Of a stretch of DNA of 64,000 bases, positions 1-11,470 are shown one piece after another. The stretch's first letter is position 1, and each line of letters begins with the position of its first letter. The notes below the pieces were generated by a model, which saw only the letters and a list, made by a program, of their open reading frames with translations, had not been told where the DNA came from and did not search any database. The translations under genes and the position numbers were made by a program. Source of the DNA: an uncultured Chloroflexia bacterium (lineage in GTDB: Bacteria > Chloroflexota > Anaerolineae > Anaerolineales > UBA4823); NCBI GenBank assembly GCA_963793095.1, contig CAWBYY010000011.1, positions 277,034 through 341,033 on the forward strand. The letters are read 5' to 3'.

Positions 1-1155
1 GAGAAAAAAGCTGAACGCCTGCGGATTGAAGAGGAGTTCCACATAGAACGCGATCAATGGGAGCAGGAGCACGAGCTGGATGAATATGTGGATGTCCAGG
101 ATATCGCCGAAGTGGTTGCTCAGTGGACCGGAATCCCGGTCAGCCAGATGATGGAGACCGAAGCGGACAAACTGCTCCAGATGGAAGGGCGCCTGCATGA
201 GCGGATTATCGGCCAGCACGAGGCCATCACCGCCATATCGGACGCCATCCGGCGGGCGCGCTCCGGCTTAAAAGACCCCAAACGCCCGATTGGCTCATTC
301 ATCTTCATCGGCCCTTCCGGGGTTGGTAAAACCGAATTGGCCAAAGCCCTGGCCTGGTTTATGTTCGATGATCCCGATTCGCTTGTGCGTATTGATATGA
401 GCGAATATCGCGAGCAGCATACTGTTTCGCGCCTGTTCGGCGCTCCGCCCGGGTATGTCGGCTATGAGGAAGGCGGCCAGTTAACCGAGGCGGTCAGGCG
501 GCGCCCATACCGGGTAATCCTGTTTGACGAAATCGAAAAAGCCCACCCGGAAGTCTGGAACGCACTGCTGCAGATTCTGGACGACGGGCGCCTGACCGAC
601 GGCCAGGGACGGGTAGTTGATTTCCGCAACACAGTGTTGATTATGACCAGCAATTTGGGCACTGAATACGTGCGCAGGTCTGGCAGCATCGGGTTTATGC
701 TTGAAGGGGGTGAGCGGGAAGCCACCCAGGAGCAGGAAAAGATTATGAGTGCTCTCAAAAAGACTTTCAGACCCGAATTCCTGAACCGGATTGACGAGAT
801 TATCACCTTCTCGCCGCTTTCCGTTGAGCAAATGGGCTTGATTGTTGACCTGCAGATGCAGGAGATTAAGGAACGGCTGGCTGAACGCGGCCTGCAGGTT
901 GTGTTGAGCCCAGAAGCCAGGGAATGGCTCGCAAATGAGGGCTTCGACTCCGCCTTCGGCGCACGCCCGTTGAAACGGGCTTTACAGAAGAACGTTGAGA
1001 GCCCGCTATCGGTCAGTTTGCTTTCTGGCGAATTCGCTGAGGGGGCTGTGATTGAAGTCGGTGTTGATCAGGCAGAAAACAAGCTGGTGTTCCACCAGGT
1101 AGACCAGGTTTTACCGGCAGAAAAGCTGGATACGGTCGACGCCAATATTAAATAG
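1..1155 (+). CDS. Clp/Hsp100-family AAA+ chaperone ATPase (ClpC/ClpB-like), C-terminal D2 module; 5' end outside window
   Basis: Frame of ORF 88..1155 stays open back to base 1. Walker [16 protein letters not shown], Walker [18 protein letters not shown] sensor motif. Confidence 0.9.
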   Translation, partial: EKKAERLRIEEEFHIERDQWEQEHELDEYVDVQDIAEVVAQWTGIPVSQMMETEADKLLQMEGRLHERIIGQHEAITAISDAIRRARSGLKDPKRPIGSFIFIGPSGVGKTELAKALAWFMFDDPDSLVRIDMSEYREQHTVSRLFGAPPGYVGYEEGGQLTEAVRRRPYRVILFDEIEKAHPEVWNALLQILDDGRLTDGQGRVVDFRNTVLIMTSNLGTEYVRRSGSIGFMLEGGEREATQEQEKIMSALKKTFRPEFLNRIDEIITFSPLSVEQMGLIVDLQMQEIKERLAERGLQVVLSPEAREWLANEGFDSAFGARPLKRALQKNVESPLSVSLLSGEFAEGAVIEVGVDQAENKLVFHQVDQVLPAEKLDTVDANIK

Positions 1156-1175
1156 GTTTGGAAGGGTAGAAACTT

Positions 1176-1210
1176 ATACCCCGGCATAAATTCCGCCGGG
1201 GTATTTTTAT
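1176..1210 (+). terminator. Rho-independent terminator between convergent clp and SCP2 genes
   Basis: 10-bp GC-rich stem AUACCCCGGC/GCCGGGGUAU with about a 9-nt loop, followed by UUUUUAU, about 20 nt after the TAG stop. Confidence 0.8.
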
Positions 1211-1267
1211 AGCAAATTGGTAGTGGACAAGAATTTTAGCACGGGAGGAAATTGCTTAATATTTAAA

Positions 1268-1690
1268 TCAGTCTCCAAGGAATTCGCTGTCAATCCTGCT
1301 GATTGAATTGGCGACCGCCCGGATGAATTTTGCGTTCTGCATAATTTTGAGCATGTCTCCCTTGACCTTGAATACGCCCTTTACCACCAGGGCAAGAAAG
1401 TCTTTTTCCCCTTGAACGACTGACCTGTAATCCGGGTATGTGCCGGTGACCACAAAACCCGGCTCCACTTCCTCCGGATCACTAAGCATACGGGCTTCAG
1501 AGCACCTGCCAGCGGAGGCTGCCAGGAAAACATAGGCTGTCTCTTCCAGCCCGCCTCCGGGAGTGAGCACGAACAACCAGTCTCCATTAAAACTTACGCC
1601 CCATTTCGCGCCGGTTTTTAAGATCGCTTCATCCGCGTTGATCAGTTTTTTCCATTCATCGCACCATTCCTGCGAAGGGTAAAGGACCAT
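1268..1690 (-). CDS. SCP2 sterol-binding-domain protein
   Basis: 140-aa ORF. The C-terminal half (GEKDFLALVVKGVFKVKGDMLKIMQNAKF) looks like the SCP2 lipid-carrier fold. It lies directly downstream of an acyl-CoA dehydrogenase gene. Confidence 0.7.
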   Translation of the reverse strand: MVLYPSQEWCDEWKKLINADEAILKTGAKWGVSFNGDWLFVLTPGGGLEETAYVFLAASAGRCSEARMLSDPEEVEPGFVVTGTYPDYRSVVQGEKDFLALVVKGVFKVKGDMLKIMQNAKFIRAVANSISRIDSEFLGD

Positions 1691-1723
1691 TGTTTCCTCC
1701 TTGTTGACTTTTGGGTTTTTGTA

Positions 1724-2983
1724 TTAGAGCGTTTCCAGGTCATACCAGTAGCGGGCGTTCTCAAGCGTTTTGAGCCCTTTGCCTCCCATCCACAGCCCGA
1801 TCATCTTCTGGTCGCGCCAGTGTTTCTCAATATCGAACTCGCGCGAATAACCATATGAACCCATAAAATCCATCGCCCGGCTGCAAGCCCGTTCAACTGA
1901 ATTGCTGGCGTATAACGCCAAACCTCTGGCCTTTAACTCGTGCCTTTCGTCCCACGGGTTCCAGCCGCAGGTTTCCGGATAATCCAACCCCCTGGTGTAT
2001 GCCCACATCCAGGCGGAAGTCGATTCAATCAGCATGGCGACCTCGGAGAGCATGTCCGCTACAAGGCTGTGTTCTTTGAGCTTTTTGCCTGCGATCACCC
2101 TCTCGTCGGTCCATCTTTTAATGATCTCATACACGCTTTTCATCACCCCCACGCTCATCGCAGCCGAGGCGATGTTTCCCATCGTAATCGCCCGGGTCCA
2201 GTATTTCAGGTCATCGCCGGGGCCGTGCAAGCGGTATCTTTCCGGGACTCTAACTTCGCTGAACCATATATCCGAGTTTATATCGGCGGACATTCCGGCT
2301 TTCTGGTAAGGGTTGCCAACCGAGACCCCTTCCGTATCCGCCGGAACCAGTATCAATGCAAAATCGTTTGGGTCATCTGATCCTTTGCGGGTTGTACAGA
2401 CCAGGACAAACAAATCTCCCACTGTGCCGGAGTTGGACGACCAGATTTTATGTCCGTTGATCACCCAATGGTTCCCTTCAAGCCTGGCTGTGGTCTGGAT
2501 CGTCCTGCCGTGCATTCGTCCTACATTTTCAATGTCCGCGCCGCTGGCGGGTTCGGTCATGACATGGCCTCCGACATATAAATCCTCACCGCAGAACTTG
2601 GGCCCGAATTCCTCCAGCAGCACCATGTTGCGGTGGGGTTCCAGCAGGATGGGTATCAACCCCCAGATTGAGCAGATACAGGCTGTGGCGAAACCGGAGT
2701 CAATCCGGGCGAGCTCCTCGCACACGATATTGCTCAGCGCCATTGGCTCCGGCATCTCAGTGCCGCCGACTTCAGCCGGAAAAAAGGCCGCGTTGACCCC
2801 GAGGTCAACCAGCACTTCTTTCATCAGCGGCTTGATCAATTTGTGTTCGCGCCAGTCATCGTCAACATTCTGGCGAATGGGTACATAGCGGTCCTCACCC
2901 CACTGCCGGATCACTTTGCCCATGTCTTTCAGGAAGTCCGAGACCCATTCCCGGGGTCGGATGAAGTCGTCGATGGTAGCCAT
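1724..2983 (-). CDS. Acyl-CoA dehydrogenase family protein
   Basis: 419-aa ORF with ACAD-like middle and C-terminal regions (TEPASGADIEN, WSSNSG, DQKMIGLWMGG). Confidence 0.8.
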   Translation of the reverse strand: MATIDDFIRPREWVSDFLKDMGKVIRQWGEDRYVPIRQNVDDDWREHKLIKPLMKEVLVDLGVNAAFFPAEVGGTEMPEPMALSNIVCEELARIDSGFATACICSIWGLIPILLEPHRNMVLLEEFGPKFCGEDLYVGGHVMTEPASGADIENVGRMHGRTIQTTARLEGNHWVINGHKIWSSNSGTVGDLFVLVCTTRKGSDDPNDFALILVPADTEGVSVGNPYQKAGMSADINSDIWFSEVRVPERYRLHGPGDDLKYWTRAITMGNIASAAMSVGVMKSVYEIIKRWTDERVIAGKKLKEHSLVADMLSEVAMLIESTSAWMWAYTRGLDYPETCGWNPWDERHELKARGLALYASNSVERACSRAMDFMGSYGYSREFDIEKHWRDQKMIGLWMGGKGLKTLENARYWYDLETL

Positions 2984-3154
2984 TTACCCCTCCTTACAAT
3001 TCTTTATTCTGGTTAATAAATTAATGGCCGTCAAGAATAAAGGCATTCTGTAAAATTTTACCTTATGCATGGTATCTACTATAATTATTTAAATATCATA
3101 TCTTGAGATCCTAAATTTGGTTAATTGTTTCAAGGTCAAAACATTCAAATTTAT

Positions 3155-3442
3155 ATGGCTATATCAAACCTTCTCTTTGTAGGGACCGGGATTCTTTTTA
3201 TCGCTCTTTCAATTCCGCTGATCATGGGAAGAGTCAAGCCCAATCACTGGTACGGTTTCAGGTTTGCGGTTACCCTTAATAATCCCCGCATCTGGTACCC
3301 GGCTAATCGCCTGGGCGGTATAATGCTGCTCCTCTATGGACTGGCGGTGCTTGGAGGGGCGCTTGGTTTGACCCTGTTAATGCGATTTTTTATCTGCAGA
3401 TATCTGAACAGTTATTTTCTTACTGTCTTGTTTGTATTTTAA
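3155..3442 (+). CDS. SdpI/YhfL-like small membrane protein
   Basis: Hydrophobic ORF containing RVKPNHWYGFRF, typical of the SdpI family. ATG at 3155 is in frame with track ORF 3125..3442. Confidence 0.55.
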   Translation: MAISNLLFVGTGILFIALSIPLIMGRVKPNHWYGFRFAVTLNNPRIWYPANRLGGIMLLLYGLAVLGGALGLTLLMRFFICRYLNSYFLTVLFVF

Positions 3443-3481
3443 TCTCAGGCGCAGTCTTGATCTCTATTCTAAGCTGGCGTT

Positions 3482-4024
3482 ATGCCTGGGAACTGGAAAA
3501 GAAATTACAGCAAAATGGCTCAAATTAACTTCCACGAAGAACAGAGATTACGCCAGTGGTGGGTCTGGGTGCTGGTCGTAATCGGGGTTGGGTTAGGCTG
3601 GTGGGGATTCATCCAGCAGATTGTGCTGGATCAGCCCTGGGGAACAAATCCAGGACCGGAATGGGCGATCGTCCTGACATGGTTATTGACCGGGATTGGA
3701 CTACCGCTTTTTGTCATCTACGTAAAGCTGGATGTAACCGTTTCTGGCGAGTCGGTGGATATCAATTTCCGCCCGCTCACCCGGCGGGTTATACCGGTAG
3801 ACCAGATCGCCCATTTCAGAGCGCGCACTTATTCGCCGCTGGGAGAATACGGGGGCTGGGGGCTGCGCGGTCTGGGGCATAACCGGGCGTATAACATCAG
3901 CGGGAACCAGGGCGTGGAACTGGTGCTTATGGATGGCCGGATCGTTCTGATTGGTTCATTGCGGGCGGAAGAGCTGGCGGAGGCGATTTCAAGTTCGATA
4001 GAAAACCAAGAAAATGGGGACTAA
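3482..4024 (+). CDS. Hypothetical membrane protein (two TM helices plus a PH-like soluble domain)
   Basis: 180-aa ORF with GC-rich codon usage like the backbone and two hydrophobic segments. No motif recognised. Confidence 0.5.
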   Translation: MPGNWKRNYSKMAQINFHEEQRLRQWWVWVLVVIGVGLGWWGFIQQIVLDQPWGTNPGPEWAIVLTWLLTGIGLPLFVIYVKLDVTVSGESVDINFRPLTRRVIPVDQIAHFRARTYSPLGEYGGWGLRGLGHNRAYNISGNQGVELVLMDGRIVLIGSLRAEELAEAISSSIENQENGD

Positions 4025-4051
4025 TTTTTAAACTCACACGTTCGAATTGCA

Positions 4052-4101
4052 AAAAATCCAGAACTTACCTAATGAAACATAATGTATTATTCTGGATTTT
4101 T
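4052..4101 (+). terminator. Possible terminator (long-loop hairpin)
   Basis: AAAAAUCCAGAA ... UUCUGGAUUUUU, a 12-bp inverted repeat with a 26-nt loop just after the stop at 4024. The loop is unusually long. Confidence 0.35.
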
Positions 4102-4430
4102 CCTAACCATTTAGAGAACTTCTTCGGGAATTTTCTGAGAGTTATTTGCTTTAGCCTCTTTTGATAATTTCTTTCTAATAATCTGAGCGTTGCTCTAATG
4201 GTTGGATTGGTCACTTAAAAAATTAACCAATCTTCTTATATGATGTGATTTTATTTCACAGGTCATTACCTATAAATGTTTGTCTCTGTTGGAAGAACCC
4301 ACCAGCGATCATCATATGCATTTTGAAAGATAATGTACAAGAAATTTCCCCTTTTAAACGGATAAAAAATTTAGATTCTGAATAATTCTTGAGATTTTTA
4401 TTCTAATAGATTAGTTATTTCATCACTAAT

Positions 4431-5469
4431 TCAAAAATTCAGTCTAACAACAGATGTCAGATTGCGGGGTTTATCCGGGTCTAATCCATAACTGATAGAA
4501 CGATGATAGGCCATGAGTTGAAGAACAGGCATGTATAATACTCCTCGCACCAATTCTGGCAGGTCTGATTCGAAGTTAATATCAGCACCTTTGTCTGCTA
4601 TAACCAGAGTATTTCCGCCAATATTCTGTATCTCATTAATTACATCGGTTTCCATTTTTTGATTTTTCTCACCAAGAAGTCCAATTACTAAAGTTTTAGA
4701 ATCAACCATTGATATTGGACCATGGCGGAATTCAAGAAAATAGAAAGGCTCAGAAATGGCCAGCGACATCTCTTTTAATTTTAAGACTCGCTTCGCTTGC
4801 AAGCCCATAACGATATCCACTCCCCAAAAAGTAATACTTATTAATTTTATGATCGTTGCCTAATTCATATGCCAAATTCTCGTATTTATTGATCAGTACT
4901 TTCCCCATGGAAGGTAGTGGGTGAAGCGAGGAAAACATTCCAGCGTCATTACTCGAGAAACATGACAATGCACAAATAGCTACATAAAGCGATGCGAAAG
5001 AACGGGTCTGTGCGACACTTTCCTCCTGACCAGCAGGTATAACTAAGGAAAGATCTCCAAGAGAAACCAGATTTAAATCGCCATAATTAGTTAGCGTGAT
5101 TATTTCTCCACAATTTTTTTCTTTAAATCGCGCTGTGGCTTGTAAAGTTTCTGTAGTTGAACCTGATCGGGATATAGCAAACAACAAAGATTTTTTTTCA
5201 ATCGTGGGTAGAATTGTATTTGGCGAAAGTAATAGTTCAGATGCAGGAAAAGCTTTGCAGTTTTTCCCCGACATCGATTGCATAGTGGAAGCTGCTGCGA
5301 GAGACAGATAGTAGGTACTTCCACAACCAGTGAACAATATCTGGCTGTAATTATTCTTCCACAAATCTAAAAAATCAGGCTCAATTTCCTCAGAAACCTC
5401 AATTGCCTGCTTCCAAGCATTAGGCTGGGATTTTATCTCATTTAGGGTAGCAAATTGTCTGTCACTCAT
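4431..5469 (-). CDS. SIS-domain sugar isomerase (AgaS / GlmS-C-terminal-like), one frame break
   Basis: ORFs 4750..5469 and 4431..4820 are consecutive parts of one two-SIS-domain protein (FTGCGSTYY, SRSGSTTET, EFRHGP). The frames rejoin if the T4 run at 4773-4776 is one base shorter (..SLKIKEMSLAI..). Confidence 0.75.
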
Positions 5470-5647
5470 TAATTTATCCCTAATAATGGAATTGTATTTT
5501 AGTTGCCGGATTGAATTATTAAAACCTAAAAAAATCTCTTTATGGTGATATCACTATGTTATATGCTTATTCTATAAATTACCTGAATGCTTATAATTTA
5601 GTTATTGTCCATTTTCATTAAAAAGCCAAAATTATTGAAAAATCTTA

Positions 5648-6586
5648 TCAATCCCAATCTGAAAGTACTAAATCGAGCTCGGTCAAACTAATACACGCTA
5701 GCCCAACTTTTGTTCTGGCTGGGGAGTTGTCTGGAATATCTTCTAATCGCCCTCCTTCGTATATAAGGTACAAAAAATCCTGATATTCGAAAGGGGTTCC
5801 AAACCACACTGCGCCGTCATCCCAGTCACCCCTAGATCCTAGTTCAAAAACTGGATTATGAGAATATTTTTCCCAATCGATCAAATTTCTGGATCTTGCT
5901 AACCCGAATCCTATTGGTTTATCTTGTCGAGTGACATTATTACTACCTGCATAAAGCATGTAAAATTCTCCTCTACGCTTGATTATCCTTGGAGTTGTCA
6001 CCTCGTATTGATCCCACGAACCAGGTTCACCATTAAATAGAATTGGTTCGGGATTTGTTTGCTCAATATCTCCAGACATTGAAAGAATTGCTGAATAAAT
6101 CCTGTACCCTTCCGGAGGTTTTTTCTTTACAAAGAACAGATACAACCTGTCTGTATACAAACAAACTTCTGGTGACCTGCCATATAAAATCGATGATGTT
6201 TGTTTGGTGAATATCAATCCGTCAATACTTTTTGCCATACCAATTGAATCATCGCCTTCCCCGATTGCGCTATAAAACAACAATATATCATCATTAAGGG
6301 ATAGGGATGCAGGGTCAAAGACATGCCGGTTGTCAAATTGTTGAGGCCCAGGGGAAATTATCACCCTGGCATCGCTGGAAATAAAAGTTGCTACCCCCAT
6401 TTTCATCGCATCAAGGGGAAAAGATTGGCACAATATTCTTTCTTTTTCACTCGCAACTGCTCCAACAAATAAGTACAGATTATTCTGGTGTTCTAAGATA
6501 TCTGGTGTTGTCACCGCATCTGGAGCAACTGTGCCGGTTTTTGGTTCCAGGAATGGGCTGTTAGAAAATCTTTTAAATCTAATCAT
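5648..6586 (-). CDS. Beta-propeller glycosidase-like protein (GH43/GH130-like)
   Basis: 312-aa intact ORF. Repeated blade-like segments with conserved D/E and W (FDPASL, YSAIGEGDDSIGMAKS, YAGSN, GLARSRNLIDWEK). Family assignment is tentative. Confidence 0.5.
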   Translation of the reverse strand: MIRFKRFSNSPFLEPKTGTVAPDAVTTPDILEHQNNLYLFVGAVASEKERILCQSFPLDAMKMGVATFISSDARVIISPGPQQFDNRHVFDPASLSLNDDILLFYSAIGEGDDSIGMAKSIDGLIFTKQTSSILYGRSPEVCLYTDRLYLFFVKKKPPEGYRIYSAILSMSGDIEQTNPEPILFNGEPGSWDQYEVTTPRIIKRRGEFYMLYAGSNNVTRQDKPIGFGLARSRNLIDWEKYSHNPVFELGSRGDWDDGAVWFGTPFEYQDFLYLIYEGGRLEDIPDNSPARTKVGLACISLTELDLVLSDWD

Positions 6587-6638
6587 ATATAGATTTTGAA
6601 ATTCACTCTATTGTTTAATTTTGTTTCCATTACAGGTC

Positions 6639-7969
6639 TTATTGGTTAGCAAGACGCCATAAGGTAACAGAAGTAATCTCAGCTAAGACTTTAAGGCCAT
6701 TGATATCCACAACATTAAAATCATCCATGTAAGTGTGTAGATAAGGCCAACTGGTTGATATGAGTTTTGCCAGGTAAGAAGTAGGTACTCCTGCCAAGAT
6801 GAACGGGCCATCATCAGAGGCATATTCCAGCAAGGTACCTCAATCATATAACCAAGTTCACTACAAATTTTTTCCAAGAACCCGTTAATTTCCGGAGAGT
6901 TCCGAACAAGTTTTCCAAGACAAATTGATTCGGTGATGTAGTATAAATGATCGCCATTCCCGATAATGTCCATTACAAGCGCAGCCTTGTATTTCGATGG
7001 ATCTGGTTTTACATACTTCTTAACATATGCTTCTGAGCCTATCTCACCGTATTCCTCTGCAGTAACTGAAATAAACTCGATAGTGCGTTTAGGAGGAGGG
7101 AGATTTGAAAGAACCCGTGCGGTTTCAAGGTTTACTGCAACGGCAGTTGCATTGTCGCAGGCACCCGGACCAAAGGCATTATCATGGTGCGCAACAAGGA
7201 CAACCTTTTCATCTGGTTTTTCAACACCTTTTATTGTCGCGATTATGTTCAAGCCATGGCTTTCAACCGATTCAGAATCGACGGTAAGCCTCAGTTTTAC
7301 GGGAATACAATTCCTGGGTTCGTTTGAACCATGAGGGTAAGGCATACCACTCACGCAGCAGTCTCTTTTAGCAGTTGGCCATCCTCATAAGTAACCGCCA
7401 CCGCGGGTACTGACAGACCTTTTGGACCAGAGAGCAGGTCGGTTTGTAATATATTTCCTTGTAATCGCGAATGCTCAATGAAACCAGCAACGCCACGTTT
7501 AATCAACATTTCTGTAGGACCCTGGGGCGCGGTTTCATCTGAAGCGTTGTCCAGACTTAGTGCTCGAGGGGGATCGCGCATAACAAAAGTGTTTTCAAGA
7601 TCAATGCCTTCATAATCTTCTAGCTTACCCTGTCCTACATAACGAAGCTCTGCAACTCTTCCCTCTGGGGGAGTTGAGCCTGAGCCAAGAATGGCAACCC
7701 CAAACAATTCGCGTTCAACAGGTTCGACAATCTGGACCCGGGTATCGTGAAGATACCAAGCATTTATCCCGGGCACTTTGTCCACGCTCACTTGAACGTC
7801 TAATTTCTTAAACTCGTCTTCCACATATCCAGCTGCTTTCCATTCATTCTCTGTCGCTGCATGCCGAGGCAAATTCAATGAGAGCTTTTACATCTTCAGC
7901 CATACGAGCTGATGATATTGAATCCCTGATTAAATTAATTCCTTTCTGATCCGAATCACTATCTTTCAT
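6639..7969 (-). pseudogene. M28-family (PA-domain) aminopeptidase, at least three frame breaks
   Basis: Pieces lie in three frames: MKDSDSDQKG..ALIEF, then 7351..7878, then 6683..7354 (HHDNAFGPGACDNATAVA metal-ligand region), then 6639..6833. Breaks are near 7866-7875, 7352-7357 and 6833-6845. Confidence 0.7.
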
Positions 7970-8050
7970 ATTCATCTCCTTGCAAAAGATATTTACAACA
8001 GAAAATCGGCACCACAATAACGAATATATAAATCAGTGAAATGAAATTTC

Positions 8051-8092
8051 CAAAAATGGGCGAGCCTGGAAGGGTGAACCTGAGGCTCGCCC
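8051..8092 (-). terminator. Rho-independent terminator downstream of the SBP gene
   Basis: Minus strand: GGGCGAGCCU ... AGGCUCGCCC, a 10-bp stem followed by AUUUUUG, about 25 nt after the stop at 8118. Confidence 0.75.
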
Positions 8093-8117
8093 ATACCCCA
8101 ATAAAACAGATTATGAA

Positions 8118-10418
8118 CTACTCAAGCGGCTTGTCAACCCAATATAAAAGATCCTCGCGTGCAAGGAATTTTTCAAACCACTCATTGAGCGGGTTCTGGC
8201 GCAGATAATCAGCATCTTCAGGCAGGTCCTGAGATCTTTCAACATAATACGAGGCCGAATCCTCCCAGTATAGCGGTGATTCAGGGTTGAAGGCTGTCTC
8301 AGCATCCTGCTGGTAAGTGCGAAAATCCAGGAATGTGTCGAAGATAAACTTCAACTCATCCGGGTCAGTGGCCACACCGGAATGGGCATTCATGGCTTCT
8401 ACAACAATTGGTAAAACTTTTTCAGGCATCTCTTGGACGTAACGATTGAAAAGGTAGGAGAGAGCCATTATACGTAATGCAGCTTCTTCATTAGAAGCCA
8501 GCCATTCTTCTGTAGAGGCGATATTGCTGTACCACAGACCGGCAGGACCGAGAATTTCTGCTCCTCCAATCAGCTTGAATTCATCCGGATGGTTCATCAG
8601 CAGGTTAATTTCGGATGGCAAACCGCCCATATAGAAATCACCTTCCCCGCCAATCATGGCAAGAGCAGCTTTTTCATCGTCTGGGAAGTTGATTGTGGTG
8701 ACATCATCCAGTGTGAGGTCGGCCTGCTCCAGGACTGCAGTGAGCAGAGGTTCATAGTTAGCAAGGTAGATTGGGAAGGTTTTTCCCTCGAGCTGTTTGA
8801 TTGTAGCGACTTTGGCTGCTTCAGGGTCGCCCAGTTCATCGAGGAATTCCTCATAAGATTTGGATTCGCCCTGACGGCCTAAGACTACGAAGCCTTTGAA
8901 TTGGTTGACGTTGAGGAAGTTCTGCATCTCTGGGACAAATTCATAGAACGGGAAGTTGCAGACAACACAGGTGTTAACAGTATCTAGAGAGCCGTTAGCA
9001 AGGGCCTGGATGGAAGGACCGCTTTGGGTGAGCCATTCGAACTGCAGGTCGAATTCCTGAACTCTTCATCCCAACCGAACTCATCAGCAACACTCCAGAA
9101 TTGGTAGTCAAAGAAGGGTGTGTTACCAACCCGGATAACATATGGTTCAGAGGGTATTTGTACCTGAGGAGGTGGGGGCGGTGCTGGTTCAGTTCCAATA
9201 GTTCCCAATTCGGCATCTACCCAAGCAGTCAAATCCTCATTCTGGAGGAATTTTTCAAACCACTCATTGAGCGGGTTCTGGCGCAGGTAATCGGCGTCTT
9301 CAGGCAGTTCCTGAGATCTTTCAACATAATACGAGGCTGAATCCTCCCAGTATAGCGGCGATTCAGGGTTGAAGGCTGTCTCAGCATCCTGCTGGTAAGT
9401 GCGAAAATCCAGGAATGTGTCGAAGATAAACTTCAACTCATCCGGGTCAGTGGCCACACCGGAATGGGCATTCATGGATTCTACAACGATAGGAAGCACA
9501 GCATCCGGATATTCTTGAACGAAACGATTAAATCGGTATGAAAGCGCAGCAATCTTCTGCGCAGCTTCTTCATTAGAAGCCAGCCATTCTTCTGTAGAGG
9601 CGATATTGCTGTACCACAGACCGGCAGGACCGAGAATTTCTGCTCCTCCAATCAGCTTGAATTCATCCGGATGGTTCATCAGCAGGTTAATTTCGGATGG
9701 CAAACCGCCCATATAGAAATCACCTTCCCCGCCGATCATGGCAAGAGCAGCTTTTTCATCGTCTGGGAAGTTGATTGTGGTGACATCATCCAGGGTGAGG
9801 TCGGCCTGCTCCAGGACTGCAGTGAGCAGAGGTTCATAGTTAGCAAGGTAGATTGGGAAGGTTTTTCCCTCGAGCTGTTTGATTGTAGCGACTTTGGCTG
9901 CTTCAGGGTCGCCCAGTTCATCGAGGAATTCCTCATAAGATTTGGATTCGCCCTGACGGCCTAAGACTACGAAGCCTTTGAATTGGTTGACGTTGAGGAA
10001 GTTCTGCATCTCTGGGACAGATTCATAGAACGGGAAGTTGCAGACAACACAGGTGTTAACAGTATCTAGAGAGCCGTTAGCAAGGGCCTGGATGGAAGGA
10101 CCGCTTTGGGTGAGCCATTCGAACTGCAGGTCGAAGTCCTAACTCTTCATCCCAACCGAACTCATCAGCAACACTCCAGAATTGGTAGTCAAAGAAGGGT
10201 GTGTTACCAACCCGGATAACATATGGTTCTTCCCCTACCGGCTCTTCTTCAGCCGGTTCTTCAGACTCTGGCTCCTCCACATTCGTCTCTTCTGCAACAG
10301 GCTCCTCAGCTGCTGGAGCTTCTGTTGGCGCAGGAGCTGGTTGGCATGAGCCTAACAACATACCAAGAACCAAGAGAATGGCTATTGATAAGTAAACAAA
10401 GCTTATACGAACGTTCAT
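8118..10418 (-). pseudogene. Lipoprotein ABC substrate-binding protein (NMT1/THI5-SsuA-like) with an internally duplicated SBP domain; two frame breaks
   Basis: ORFs 10077..10418 (signal peptide with LLGSC lipobox, acidic linker), 8984..10009 and 8118..8927 join into one reading frame. Domain 1 runs through a PAPPPPPQVQ linker into domain 2 with no stop between them. Each domain is broken between GWDEE and DFDLQFEW. Confidence 0.7.
8160..10229. repeat. Tandem direct duplication, two units of about 1 kb with a period of about 1082 bp
   Basis: 8879-8938 and 9961-10020 are identical except for the last base, and 9120-9148 equals 10201-10229. Long stretches are near-identical, with a more diverged patch around 8420-8500 / 9500-9580. 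Confidence 0.9.
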
Positions 10419-10545
10419 TTTCTACTCCTTTTTAAATAATTCTAAATAAAATCGAATTTATAAAAAATCTTGATATTATTTTGTTATCACCTCCTTATTC
10501 TGATGAAAAAAATGTTTAACCTCATAACTGGTTGTTTCTAAAAAT

Positions 10546-11370
10546 TCACTTTGTACCCACAATTGATGCCACAACGCCGATGCTGGATCGTCGTTCTGTC
10601 CAAGAAGTAATTCTTCTTTCAATATAGGCAATAATCGTATCCATTATCACCGCCAGAATGCTATAGACAATAACCAGCAAAATTATGCCTGCAGTTCTAA
10701 GGTAAGTCTGTTGCAGGATGATTAAATAACCCAAGCCTTGTTGTGATCCCATAAATTCAGCTGCCACATCCAATCCCCATGATGCAGCCGCAGCCACACG
10801 GATGGCACCGATCAGGTGAGGAATGATGTAAGGCACAATCACAGTGGAGTAAATTCGCTGCCGGTCTGCCCCCAGAGTGAGTGCTGCCCGAATATAAATG
10901 GTTGGTACATTTCTGATAGCTTCAAGAGTGGTGACACCTAAAATAACTGAAGTGCCCAGAGCAATTAATGCAATTTGTGGTTCTCGTCCAATACCGAACC
11001 AGAGGATAAATAATGGAATAAGCGCAAAAACGGGAACTGGGCGCAAAAAATCAAACACTGTGCCCATTGTCTCTCTTACAGCTCGGCTGTATGCCATAAT
11101 TAACCCGGATATTGTTCCAAATATTACGCCAATTGCAAAACCAGTAAGGACCATTAATACGGAGGTCAATATGGCAGCAGGTAGGATTTTGTACAATCCC
11201 TTAAAAGTTACCCACAAATCTGCAGGAGTGGGAATAAATAATGGCTTGACAAGTCTAAATTCTGATATAAACACCCAGATAATTATCAATGCGACCGGAA
11301 CGATTAATTTTGGTAATACCTGAATTGTGGAGAACTTACCTAAAAATTTTTTCTTCGAATATGTTTCCAT
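10546..11370 (-). CDS. ABC transporter permease (NitT/TauT-type)
   Basis: 274-aa polytopic ORF with a binding-protein-dependent transport inner-membrane signature (EAIRNVPTIYIRAALTLGA). Confidence 0.85.
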   Translation of the reverse strand: METYSKKKFLGKFSTIQVLPKLIVPVALIIIWVFISEFRLVKPLFIPTPADLWVTFKGLYKILPAAILTSVLMVLTGFAIGVIFGTISGLIMAYSRAVRETMGTVFDFLRPVPVFALIPLFILWFGIGREPQIALIALGTSVILGVTTLEAIRNVPTIYIRAALTLGADRQRIYSTVIVPYIIPHLIGAIRVAAAASWGLDVAAEFMGSQQGLGYLIILQQTYLRTAGIILLVIVYSILAVIMDTIIAYIERRITSWTERRSSIGVVASIVGTK

Positions 11371-11470
11371 ATATACCCATTATTGTTTTTAGTTAAATAA
11401 AGATGTAGATTTTTAAGCCGCTTTGAATTACTAAAAAATAAATACTTATAAGAGGAGTACTGTGAACCAG

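Noticed and set aside
9040-10145. Programmed ribosomal frameshifting as the explanation for the same-site frame breaks in both SBP repeats.
   Set aside because: There is no slippery heptamer (X XXY YYZ) or downstream pseudoknot or hairpin at either site. The two sites need the same simple repair (GG to GGG), and similar short-run breaks occur in unrelated genes across the window.
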